DNA of 52,565 nt, from positions 7,571-60,135 of the forward strand of contig CAZJIS010000001.1 in assembly GCA_964546125.1 (NCBI GenBank), in the 5' to 3' direction. The notes beneath the pieces were generated by a model. The model was given only the letters and a program-made list of their open reading frames with translations, did no database searches and was not told where the DNA came from. This document shows positions 27,088 through 34,875 of this stretch, one piece after another. The DNA is from an uncultured Clostridium sp. (GTDB lineage: Bacteria; Bacillota; Clostridia; Christensenellales; CAG-138). Position numbers and translations under genes: made by a program. Positions within the stretch are counted from its first letter, which is position 1, and every line of letters starts with the position of its first letter.

Positions 27088-28335
27088 ATGAAACGTTCTT
27101 CGCGCAGCGTCGGCCTGAAATCGGCCGGCTTGATCCTTTGCGCCTTATTGATGGCGCTCAACTGCACGCCGCGCTTTGCGGCGCTGCGCGAGCTGCCCGA
27201 CGATATCTATCTCGAGCGGAACAGCGGGTATGAGGGGCTGTTTTCCCTCGGCGAGCCTTTTTCGGTTTATGATGAGAGCGGCATGCCCGTCGCGGGCGAT
27301 CTTTCGCAAACGCTCGGCGCGCAAAATGACGACGCGCGCTATGTGGTGAAGCTTCTTGGCATACCCGTGCGGCGGGTCAACGTGCATGTGCGCGATGAAA
27401 TCTACGTCATGCCCGGCGGGGAGACGGTGGGCATCAGCCTTTATTGCGACGGTGTGCTCGTGGTGGGCCTTGGAAGCATCCAAACCGACGCGGGCGAGTT
27501 TTCCCCCGCGGGCGCGGCGGGCATCCGCGCAGGCGACGTGATCAAATCCGTGGACGGCACGACGATCCAAAACGTGTCGCATTTAATTCAACTTTGCGCG
27601 GAACCTGAACGGAGCTACGCGCTTGTGCTCACACGCAGCGGCGAAACGCTCAATGTGCGGTTGACGCCCAAGAAAAGCACGGGCGGCACGGGCGCTTCGA
27701 TGGGAATGTGGGTGCGCGAGAGCAGCGCGGGCATCGGCACGCTGAGTTTTTATGTGATGAGCACGCTGCGCTTTGGCGCGCTTGGCCACGCGGTGACCGA
27801 CCCCGATACGGGCGCCGCAATCCCCGTGCGGGAGGGCAAGCTGCTTGCAGCCGACGTGATGGGTCTTGTGGAAGGCAGGCAGGGGACCCCGGGCGAAATT
27901 CGGGGGACGTTCGGCGCGCTGAGCCGCCGTCTCGCGGCGGTAGAAAAAAACACGGAGTATGGCATTTACGGCATGATGAATGCGCCGCTTATGAATCCGA
28001 TCTACCCCGAAGGGCTGCCGCTTGCCTATCCCGAGGAGATCGTAACGGGCGGCGCGAGCATTCTCGCGAGCATCGACGACGCGGGCGTTCGGGAATATTC
28101 CTGCGAGGTGATCAAAATCTACCGCCAGCCGCTCACGGAGTCGAAGGGGCTTGTGATCCGCATTACAGACCCTGTCTTGATCCAAAAGGCGGGCGGCATC
28201 GTGCAGGGCATGAGCGGCAGCCCCATTATCCAAAATGGCAAACTCATCGGCGCGGTGACGCATGTGTTCATCAACGATCCGCTCAAAGGCTATGGGATCT
28301 ATGCGCTTTGGATGTACGAATGCGGCAATTCATAA
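27088..28335 (+). CDS. spoIVB: SpoIVB peptidase (S55 signalling protease, PDZ domain)
   Basis: The ATG at 27088 follows GAGGTGG. Signal/TM, PDZ (AAGIRAGDVIKSVDG). Protease core with GTLSF, H..TD and catalytic-Ser motif GMSGSPI. Confidence 0.93.
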   Translation: MKRSSRSVGLKSAGLILCALLMALNCTPRFAALRELPDDIYLERNSGYEGLFSLGEPFSVYDESGMPVAGDLSQTLGAQNDDARYVVKLLGIPVRRVNVHVRDEIYVMPGGETVGISLYCDGVLVVGLGSIQTDAGEFSPAGAAGIRAGDVIKSVDGTTIQNVSHLIQLCAEPERSYALVLTRSGETLNVRLTPKKSTGGTGASMGMWVRESSAGIGTLSFYVMSTLRFGALGHAVTDPDTGAAIPVREGKLLAADVMGLVEGRQGTPGEIRGTFGALSRRLAAVEKNTEYGIYGMMNAPLMNPIYPEGLPLAYPEEIVTGGASILASIDDAGVREYSCEVIKIYRQPLTESKGLVIRITDPVLIQKAGGIVQGMSGSPIIQNGKLIGAVTHVFINDPLKGYGIYALWMYECGNS

Positions 28336-28446
28336 GGCGGCTTGCTCAGTCCGGCTATATAAATGAAAATACTTGCTTGCTGGAATACGGAAAATAATTA
28401 ATTATTAATGCAGGAATGCGGCTGCCTATTAAGGCGGCTCGATCAA

Positions 28447-28453
28447 TTCGACA
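28447..28453. promoter_or_regulatory. Spo0A box (TTCGACA, reverse complement of TGTCGAA)
   Basis: Perfect match to the 0A-box consensus TGNCGAA in inverted orientation, 108 nt upstream of the spo0A ATG. Confidence 0.55.
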
Positions 28454-28473
28454 ATATACATCAAAATACTCAC

Positions 28474-28502
28474 TTGTCGAAATGTGGAAAATGATTTATT
28501 AT
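28474..28502 (+). promoter_or_regulatory. Candidate sigma-A type promoter of spo0A
   Basis: TTGTCG-17 nt-TATTAT in the AT-rich spoIVB-spo0A spacer. The -35 is embedded in the 0A box. Confidence 0.4.
28475..28481. promoter_or_regulatory. Spo0A box (TGTCGAA)
   Basis: Perfect 0A-box consensus. Forms an inverted pair with the 28447-28453 box (21-nt spacer) and overlaps a -35-like TTGTCG. Confidence 0.55.
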
Positions 28503-28560
28503 CAATATAAGGATTGTGTGTATTTTTCTTTATTTTTTGGACCGTCGAGGAAAAATCAAT

Positions 28561-29349
28561 ATGCAGAGGATTCGCAGCTTGATCGTCAACGACAACCCGC
28601 ACATGTGCGAGTCGCTGGCGGCGTTATTTGAAGAGGATCAGCGGTTTTCCGTATGCGCCAAGGCATTTAGCGCGGAGGACGCGCTAACCTATTTCCGAAC
28701 GCAAACGCAGCCGGACGTAGCTCTCATCGATATGCTCATGCCCGTGTGCGATGGAACGGGCCTCGTGATGCAACTCAAAGAAGAAAATCTTGGCAAGCAG
28801 ACGATGCTCATCGGCCTCACGGGATTTTTGTCGGATGTGGCGATGCGCGTTCTGCAATCGATCGGCCTTGCCTACATTATCGCCATGCCCGCTAAACCCG
28901 ATGCGATCTATAGGCGCGTGTGCACGCTGCTCCAGCTTGATTTTGCGGATGAAAACACGCCCCTCTATCTGGATGCGCGAAGTAAGCAGGCGCGCGAGAG
29001 GGATGAGATCATCACGCGCTATCTTTTTGCGATGGGCGTGAGCGCGCATCACGACGGATTCATTTACATACGCGAGGCGGTCGCACTGTATCTGGAGAGC
29101 CGCAACCGAAATGTCGGTATCACGACGGACATCTACCCGGAACTTGCGCGGCGCTACGACGTTTCTGTTAAAGTCATTGAGCGCTCGATCCGCTACGCGA
29201 TCGAAACCGCGTGGCTGCGCGGCAATGTGGAGAACCAATACCGCCTCTTTGGCTACACCGTTAAAGAAGATAAGGGCCGCCCCACCAACAAAGAGTGCAT
29301 CACGCTGATTGCCGAACGCACAAAAATGCGCCTTACGCCGAGCTATTAA
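28561..29349 (+). CDS. spo0A: Sporulation master regulator Spo0A
   Basis: ATG at 28561. Receiver domain (phospho-Asp in ALIDMLMP, LTGF, KP). Diagnostic Spo0A_C region (...HHDGFIYIREAV..., VIERSIRYAIETAWLRGN, LFGYTV...KGRPTNKECI). Confidence 0.95.
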   Translation: MQRIRSLIVNDNPHMCESLAALFEEDQRFSVCAKAFSAEDALTYFRTQTQPDVALIDMLMPVCDGTGLVMQLKEENLGKQTMLIGLTGFLSDVAMRVLQSIGLAYIIAMPAKPDAIYRRVCTLLQLDFADENTPLYLDARSKQARERDEIITRYLFAMGVSAHHDGFIYIREAVALYLESRNRNVGITTDIYPELARRYDVSVKVIERSIRYAIETAWLRGNVENQYRLFGYTVKEDKGRPTNKECITLIAERTKMRLTPSY

Positions 29350-29385
29350 AACCGCCCCGCGCAAGCAAACCAGATAAGCCGCCGC

Positions 29386-29410
29386 GCGCCCGAACGGGCG
29401 CTCTTTTATT
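29386..29410 (+). terminator. Putative intrinsic terminator of spo0A
   Basis: GCGCC-CGAACG-GGCGC hairpin followed by TCTTTTATT. Confidence 0.55.
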
Positions 29411-29437
29411 GACGGGGCGGCCCGTTGATGATACGAT
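29409..29437 (+). promoter_or_regulatory. Candidate sigma-A promoter of deoB
   Basis: TTGACG-17 nt-TACGAT, 18 nt before the deoB ATG. The leader would be very short. Confidence 0.4.
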
Positions 29438-29454
29438 AAACGGGAGGTGAGAAC

Positions 29455-30618
29455 ATGAAAAAAAGATTTATTATTATCGTGCTGGACAGCGTCGGCATCG
29501 GCGCGCAGCCGGATGCCGCGCTCTTTGGGGACGAAGGCTCGCATACGCTCGGCAACCTCTATAAAAAGCGCGGGCTTAACATTCCGCACATGCTTGCGCT
29601 CGGACTTGGGAACATCACGGATTCCGGCCTGCCGCGCGTTTCTTCGCCGCGCGGAAATTTCGGCCGTTCGGCTGAAATCACAAAGGCGAAGGATACGACC
29701 AGCGGCCATTGGGAGATGGCGGGCGTCATCATGGATCCGCCGTTTCGCACATACCCGAACGGCTTTCCGGCGCGGCTCATCGAAGAGTTTGAGCGGCGCA
29801 CGGGGCGCGGTACGCTTGGCAATGTGGTCGCCTCCGGCACGGAGATCATCCGCGAGCTTGGCGACGAGCATGTGAAAACAGGCAAGCTGATCGTCTATAC
29901 ATCGGCGGACAGCGTCTTTCAGATTGCCGCGCACCAGCAAGTCGTGCCCCTCGGGGAGCTTTACCGCTGCAGCGGGATCGCGCGCGAAATGCTCGTGGGG
30001 GACGATCTCGTGGGCCGCGTGATCGCGCGCCCTTTCGCGGGCGCGAGCGGCCATTACGCACGCACGGAATTCAGGCGCGATTACGCCGTGCCGCCCATTG
30101 GCGAAACCATACTCGATGCGCTCGCCGCGCGCGGCATGACCAATGTGTGCGTGGGCAAGATCGAAGATATTTTCGGCAACCGCGGCGTGACGATTTCCGA
30201 CCACACGCGCAACAATCACGATGGCATCGAGGCGACGCTCAAGTTCCTGCGCGAGGGGATGGGCGACCTTGTTTTTGCAAACCTCGTCGATTTCGACATG
30301 CTCTTTGGCCACCGCAACGATGAGGAAGGCTACGGCGCGGCGCTCGAATATTTCGACGCGAAGCTGCCCGAGCTGCAAGCAGCCATGCATGAAGGCGACA
30401 TTATGCTCATTACGGCCGACCACGGGTGCGACCCCACGACCGAGAGCACCGACCATTCGCGCGAATACATCCCCATTGTGGCGTTCGGCCCGACGCTCAA
30501 AGGCGGCGCGGACCTTGGCACGCGCGCGAGCTTCGCGGATATCGGCGCGACCGCGTTCGAATACCTTACGGGGGAGCCGTTCAAAGTGGGCGATTCTTTC
30601 TTAAAACAAATGAAATAG
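29455..30618 (+). CDS. deoB: Phosphopentomutase
   Basis: MKKRFIIIVLDSVGIG..PDA..FGDEGS.TLG...; ...TSGHWE..G...; ...ITADHGCDPT. Confidence 0.95.
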   Translation: MKKRFIIIVLDSVGIGAQPDAALFGDEGSHTLGNLYKKRGLNIPHMLALGLGNITDSGLPRVSSPRGNFGRSAEITKAKDTTSGHWEMAGVIMDPPFRTYPNGFPARLIEEFERRTGRGTLGNVVASGTEIIRELGDEHVKTGKLIVYTSADSVFQIAAHQQVVPLGELYRCSGIAREMLVGDDLVGRVIARPFAGASGHYARTEFRRDYAVPPIGETILDALAARGMTNVCVGKIEDIFGNRGVTISDHTRNNHDGIEATLKFLREGMGDLVFANLVDFDMLFGHRNDEEGYGAALEYFDAKLPELQAAMHEGDIMLITADHGCDPTTESTDHSREYIPIVAFGPTLKGGADLGTRASFADIGATAFEYLTGEPFKVGDSFLKQMK

Positions 30619-30708
30619 GCGGCAAGCGCACGAAAAACAACGCTCTTAGTCATCATCGCTCCCGCAAAGGTCATATGAATCAATAAGAACCTTTTCGGGA
30701 GTGATGGT

Positions 30709-31854
30709 ATGTTGATCAGAAAAATCTTCTCGCTGTGCCTCGTTGCCTGCCTGATGCTCCCGTGCGCGGTAGCCCGCGCGGACCCGGGGAGCGAAAACGC
30801 ATCTTTTCTCAGTGCGAAAGCCGTCGCGGTGCTCGAGCCGGAGGGGCTGCAATCGGCGGTCGACCATGAGGCGGAGCGCGTGGTGGACGTGGCGGGCCTT
30901 GCGCGTCTGCCCGCGCTGCTCTATGTGTGCGAAGCATTCGACCGGGGGTTGATTGCGGAGGATACCGCCGTGACCGTGAGCGACACCGCGGCCGGCATCG
31001 GCGGGCCGACAGCCTTCGTCAGCGCGGGGGAGAAGATCGGCGCGGGAGCCTTGGTCAAGGCTGCGGTCATGATTACGGCGGGGGATGCTTCGTTTGCACT
31101 CGCCGAGAGCATCGCGGGCAGTGTGACGCTCGCGGAATCGGCCGTCGCTTTTCTTCTGACGGAACTCAATATAGGCAGCGGCGATTTTTCGCTTGCCGCC
31201 GGCAAGCCTTCGATGAGCGCCAAGGAGGTCTGCGCGCTCATGGCGCGGCTTTCCTGTTCCGCGACCTATCTTAAATACAGCGCGCTCTCCCTCGATGAGA
31301 TCGTGCATGAAAACGGAACCAAAACGGAATTGGCCAACCCCAACAAGCTCATCAAAACACTTGAGGGCTGCTACGCGGGCTCCACCGGCTCCTCAAACGG
31401 GGGGGGGTATTGCGGCGCGTTTGCCGTACGGCGCGGCGAAACGAGTTTCGTCGTGGCGGTGCTTGGCGCCGCCAACTCCAACGACCGCTTTGCGGCCGCC
31501 AAAGAGGCCGTGGGCATCGCCTTCTCGAAATTCGAGGCGGTGCACGTCGTGACAAAGGGCGAGATCGTCGCAAGCATTGCCGTCACGGGCGGCATGAAGC
31601 GCGCGGTAGACGCGCTCTCAAGCCAAACACTGGTGCTTTTGATCGAAAAGGGAGATGCCTGGGGCGCGACGCCCGACCTTCCGGAAAGCGTTAACGCTCC
31701 GGTCAAACAGGGGGATATCGTGGGATATGCGGTCTACTCTTCGCAAAAGGGCGGGGAAGCCGTGCGCGTGCCGCTGTGCGCCGCCGAGGATGTAGGCGCG
31801 GCAGGCTGGGGAGAGTTGATCGCCGCCGTGCTGCGCGCGTGGGTGCACGGCTAA
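30709..31854 (+). CDS. PBP5/DacF-like D,D-carboxypeptidase homologue with degenerate active site (predicted non-catalytic)
   Basis: Signal peptide, S11-like body and PBP5_C-like tail align with the DacB at 34872. However SxxK is GLAR, SxN is AGD and KTG is STG. GGGAG RBS 7 nt upstream. Confidence 0.75.
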   Translation: MLIRKIFSLCLVACLMLPCAVARADPGSENASFLSAKAVAVLEPEGLQSAVDHEAERVVDVAGLARLPALLYVCEAFDRGLIAEDTAVTVSDTAAGIGGPTAFVSAGEKIGAGALVKAAVMITAGDASFALAESIAGSVTLAESAVAFLLTELNIGSGDFSLAAGKPSMSAKEVCALMARLSCSATYLKYSALSLDEIVHENGTKTELANPNKLIKTLEGCYAGSTGSSNGGGYCGAFAVRRGETSFVVAVLGAANSNDRFAAAKEAVGIAFSKFEAVHVVTKGEIVASIAVTGGMKRAVDALSSQTLVLLIEKGDAWGATPDLPESVNAPVKQGDIVGYAVYSSQKGGEAVRVPLCAAEDVGAAGWGELIAAVLRAWVHG

Positions 31855-31861
31855 CGCTTCC

Positions 31862-31890
31862 TTGCACATGGGAACGCTTTGACGTATAAT
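31862..31890 (+). promoter_or_regulatory. Sigma-A type promoter for the M50 protease-scpAB unit
   Basis: TTGCAC-17 nt-TATAAT, 32 nt upstream of the TTG start at 31922. Confidence 0.65.
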
Positions 31891-31921
31891 ACCAAAGAGA
31901 AAACCCGAAGGAGCAAGAACT

Positions 31922-32572
31922 TTGTTCTCGAATTTCAACCTAACGGATTGGCTGCTGACTGCCCTTTACCGCATACCCGGCATTATCATCGGCCTTTCGT
32001 TCCATGAATGGGCGCATGCCTATGCCGCCTATAAGCGCGGCGACCCAACCGCGCGCAACCTCGGGCGGATGACCGTGAACCCCGCGGCGCATATCGACCC
32101 GGTGGGCATTTTCATGTTGCTTGTCGCAGGCTTTGGCTGGGCGCGGCCGGTGCCCGTGAACCCGCGCAACTTCAAAAGCCCGCGTAAAGACGACATTATC
32201 GTTTCCCTCGCGGGTGTGACGACGAATTTTATTATTGCCTTCGTGCTCACAGGGGTTTTGTTCGTCGTAACCTTTTTTACGCAGAACGAGATCGCCTATC
32301 TTCTTTTGCTCAACGCCGTTTTTATTAACCTCGGCCTATTCGTGTTCAACCTTTTGCCGATCCCGCCGCTCGATGGATACCATGTGTTCCAAAGCCTGTT
32401 CGCGCGCATTATCAGCTATCGCTTTTTCCAGTTCATTGAGCGTTACAGCACGGTATTGCTGATTGCACTGCTCATCATCGGCAGCAACACGGGCTTTATC
32501 GGCACGGCGGTCGTGGGGATATTCTCCGCGTTCAGCGCGGTTTATGGCGCGCTGATCGGCCTGTTCGTGTGA
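31922..32572 (+). CDS. Site-2 protease family (peptidase M50) membrane metalloprotease
   Basis: TTG start 8 nt after GGAG. HExxH in FHEWAHAYAA. Polytopic, with a downstream NLLPIPPLDG motif. Confidence 0.85.
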   Translation: MFSNFNLTDWLLTALYRIPGIIIGLSFHEWAHAYAAYKRGDPTARNLGRMTVNPAAHIDPVGIFMLLVAGFGWARPVPVNPRNFKSPRKDDIIVSLAGVTTNFIIAFVLTGVLFVVTFFTQNEIAYLLLLNAVFINLGLFVFNLLPIPPLDGYHVFQSLFARIISYRFFQFIERYSTVLLIALLIIGSNTGFIGTAVVGIFSAFSAVYGALIGLFV

Positions 32573-32578
32573 TTTATT

Positions 32579-33340
32579 ATGGCATATGAGGTCCGTCTCA
32601 AGGAATTCGAAGGCCCGCTCGACCTTTTGCTCCACCTTATCGAGGAGGCGAAGGTTGACATCAAAGATATTTTCGTTTCCGAGATTACCAACCAGTACCT
32701 CGCCTTTATGGAGGAATTGGACGGACTCGATATGGATATGGCAAGCGAGTTTTTGACGATGGCCGCGACCCTTGTGTACATCAAATCGCGAACCCTTCTG
32801 CCACGTCCCCCAAAGGCCGAGGAGGAAGAGGAGGATCCCGAAATCGTTCTCATGCGCCAATTGCGAGACTATAAGCTTTTCAAGGAAGCGGGCGCGGGCC
32901 TTTCGACGCTTCGCGAACAAATGCGAAGCGTCTACGCGAGGCTGCCGGAGGAATTCCTTCTCCCCCCGCAGGAATATAACCTTGCGGATGCGACCGCAAA
33001 GGAACTTTTTGTGGCATTTGCACAGCTCATGCGGCGCACGGACGAATTGGACGTGCACTCCCTCGCGCGCGCTGTCCCGGCGGACCGCTACACCGTGCGC
33101 AACCAGCTCGCCCTCATCCGCGCGAAGCTCAACGGGGGCAATACGCTCACCTTTGAGGAGCTTTTCGAGCAGACTTCAACGAAGCTTGAGATGATCGTCA
33201 CCTTCATGGCGCTCCTCGAGATGATCACGCGCCAGGAGATTTTGCTTCGCCAGAAAACGCCTTACGGAACCATCACCATCACGGCGTGGGAACTCATTGA
33301 AGACGACGAGCATTATGAATATATGGATGAAATCGAGTAG
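32579..33340 (+). CDS. scpA: Segregation and condensation protein A
   Basis: ...FEGPLDLLLHLIEEAKVDIKDI.... No obvious Shine-Dalgarno sequence, so probably coupled to the upstream gene. Confidence 0.92.
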   Translation: MAYEVRLKEFEGPLDLLLHLIEEAKVDIKDIFVSEITNQYLAFMEELDGLDMDMASEFLTMAATLVYIKSRTLLPRPPKAEEEEEDPEIVLMRQLRDYKLFKEAGAGLSTLREQMRSVYARLPEEFLLPPQEYNLADATAKELFVAFAQLMRRTDELDVHSLARAVPADRYTVRNQLALIRAKLNGGNTLTFEELFEQTSTKLEMIVTFMALLEMITRQEILLRQKTPYGTITITAWELIEDDEHYEYMDEIE

Positions 33341-33351
33341 GAGGGGCCGCC

Positions 33352-33930
33352 TTGCACTATGACGAGCGCTTCGGCGCGATCGAATGCATCCTTTTTGTTT
33401 CGGGCGATCCCGTATCCATGGTACAGCTACAGCGCGCGCTTGCCGTGACGGAGATCGAGCTGAACTATTTGCTGCGCTCGATGGACGCGCTCTACCGCGA
33501 GCAAAAGCGGGGCGTTTTGCTCTACATGACCGACGACACCGTGCAGCTTGTCTCCAACCGCGAGTATGCGCCCCTTATCGAGCAGATGATGCAGCCTGTG
33601 CAGGAGAAGAGCTTTTCGCAGGCCATGCTCGAAACTCTTTCCGTCGTCGCTTACCGCCAGCCGGTGACGCGGGCGGATATTGAAAACGTGCGCGGGGTGC
33701 GCTGTGAATATGCGGTGAGCCAACTGCTCAAACTCGGCATGATCTGCGAACTCGGGCGCAAAAACGTGCTCGGGCGGCCGATGCTTTTTGGCACGACCGA
33801 TGCGTTTTTGCGGCATTTCGGGCTGCATTCGCTCTCCGACCTGCCGCCGCTTGCTTATGGCGCGGAGGAAACGATGCCCGGGGAGGCGCAGGCGCCTACT
33901 GGGGAGCAGCTTGCGGCAAACATGGAATAA
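33352..33930 (+). CDS. scpB: Segregation and condensation protein B
   Basis: TTG start. ...IECILFVSGDPVS..., ...LETLSVVAYRQPVTRADIE.VRGV.... Confidence 0.9.
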   Translation: MHYDERFGAIECILFVSGDPVSMVQLQRALAVTEIELNYLLRSMDALYREQKRGVLLYMTDDTVQLVSNREYAPLIEQMMQPVQEKSFSQAMLETLSVVAYRQPVTRADIENVRGVRCEYAVSQLLKLGMICELGRKNVLGRPMLFGTTDAFLRHFGLHSLSDLPPLAYGAEETMPGEAQAPTGEQLAANME

Positions 33931-33961
33931 ATTGCCCGTTTCGGGCGCAGATTAGGGCCAT

Positions 33962-34528
33962 ATGGCCCTTTTTTTGATCGCATTGGCGCTCGCGGCGGTT
34001 TTGCTTTTTTTGCTTTCGCCCAAGCGCATCCGCTTTGCTCTGTTGCTTGCGGGCAGCGGCCTTCATCTGCGCGCGCAGTTTATGCGCATCCCTTTTGCGC
34101 GCCGCTTTGCGTGGGATAGGATTTTGATTTCAATGCTCGAAAGAAAAAAGCGAAGAAGGAAACGCAAGCGCGGCATCCGCCTGCGGGAGCTTCGCGCGGG
34201 CATCGATTTTCCGCGGCTTTGCGCGCGCGGCAGGCTCGGCACCGGCGACGCCGCCCAAACGGCTGTTCTGTGCGGCGCGCTCGGCGGATTTTTTCAAGCG
34301 CTGCTCACTTTGCTGCCGGGCGATGAGAGGCCCGGAGTATTTTTAACGCCCGATTTTAAAAAAAGCGTTTTCTGGATAAATCTGGGGGGGATTCTTATCA
34401 TTTATCCCGGGAAAATTATAGCTGCGTTCGTTGTGACGCAGGTAAAGGAGGGGTTTGAAACATGGCGCATCCGATTGAAAACATCATGGAAACCACAATG
34501 GATAAGCTCAAGGAAACAGTCAATGTGA
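33962..34528 (+). CDS. YtfI-like (DUF2953) sporulation membrane protein
   Basis: N-terminal TM, basic stretch KKRRRKRKR. Lies directly upstream of ytfJ, as in the B. subtilis ytfI-ytfJ operon. Family assignment rests on context and architecture, not on a sharp motif. Confidence 0.55.
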   Translation: MALFLIALALAAVLLFLLSPKRIRFALLLAGSGLHLRAQFMRIPFARRFAWDRILISMLERKKRRRKRKRGIRLRELRAGIDFPRLCARGRLGTGDAAQTAVLCGALGGFFQALLTLLPGDERPGVFLTPDFKKSVFWINLGGILIIYPGKIIAAFVVTQVKEGFETWRIRLKTSWKPQWISSRKQSM

Positions 34529-34875
34529 ACACGATCGTGGGCGATCCGATCCTCATCGCCGGGGAAACGATGGTTTTACCCGTATCGAAGGTGAGCCTTG
34601 GCTTTGTTTCCGGCGGGGGAGAGTATCAATCTTCGCCCGTCAAGCGCGCGGGACAGGAACTCGATGCAAGCTCGGGCAAATATCCTTTCGCGGGCGCGGC
34701 GGCAGCCGGGCTTACGCTCAACCCGACCGCATTTTTGTCGGTATCGGGCAAAAAGGTGCGCGTGCTCCCCGCGCAATATAAAGATGGGCTTGACCGCGCG
34801 GTGGAGCTTTTGCCCGAGCTTATGGATATGCTCGAGCGGCTGCTCCGTCCCGGGGTGGAGGGACCTTCGTCATGA
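34462..34875 (+). CDS. ytfJ: GerW/YtfJ-family sporulation protein
   Basis: GGAGG lies 10 nt upstream. ...NTIVGDPI...G..V.PVSKVSLGFVSGGGEY... is typical of YtfJ. Overlaps the upstream ORF by 67 nt. Confidence 0.85.
   Translation: MAHPIENIMETTMDKLKETVNVNTIVGDPILIAGETMVLPVSKVSLGFVSGGGEYQSSPVKRAGQELDASSGKYPFAGAAAAGLTLNPTAFLSVSGKKVRVLPAQYKDGLDRAVELLPELMDMLERLLRPGVEGPSS

Noticed and set aside
28394-28405. Perfect 12-nt AT palindrome ATAATTAATTAT in the spo0A upstream region
   Set aside because: Such palindromes arise easily in AT-only sequence. No known operator matches it, so it is noted only as a possible protein-binding site.
28684-30456. 590-aa ORF on the minus strand, the longest ORF in this part of the track
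   Set aside because: It lies antisense to two unmistakable + strand genes (spo0A and deoB). Its product is Arg/Ala/His/Gly-rich with no recognisable motif, and it has no RBS. This is a typical shadow ORF of high-GC coding DNA.
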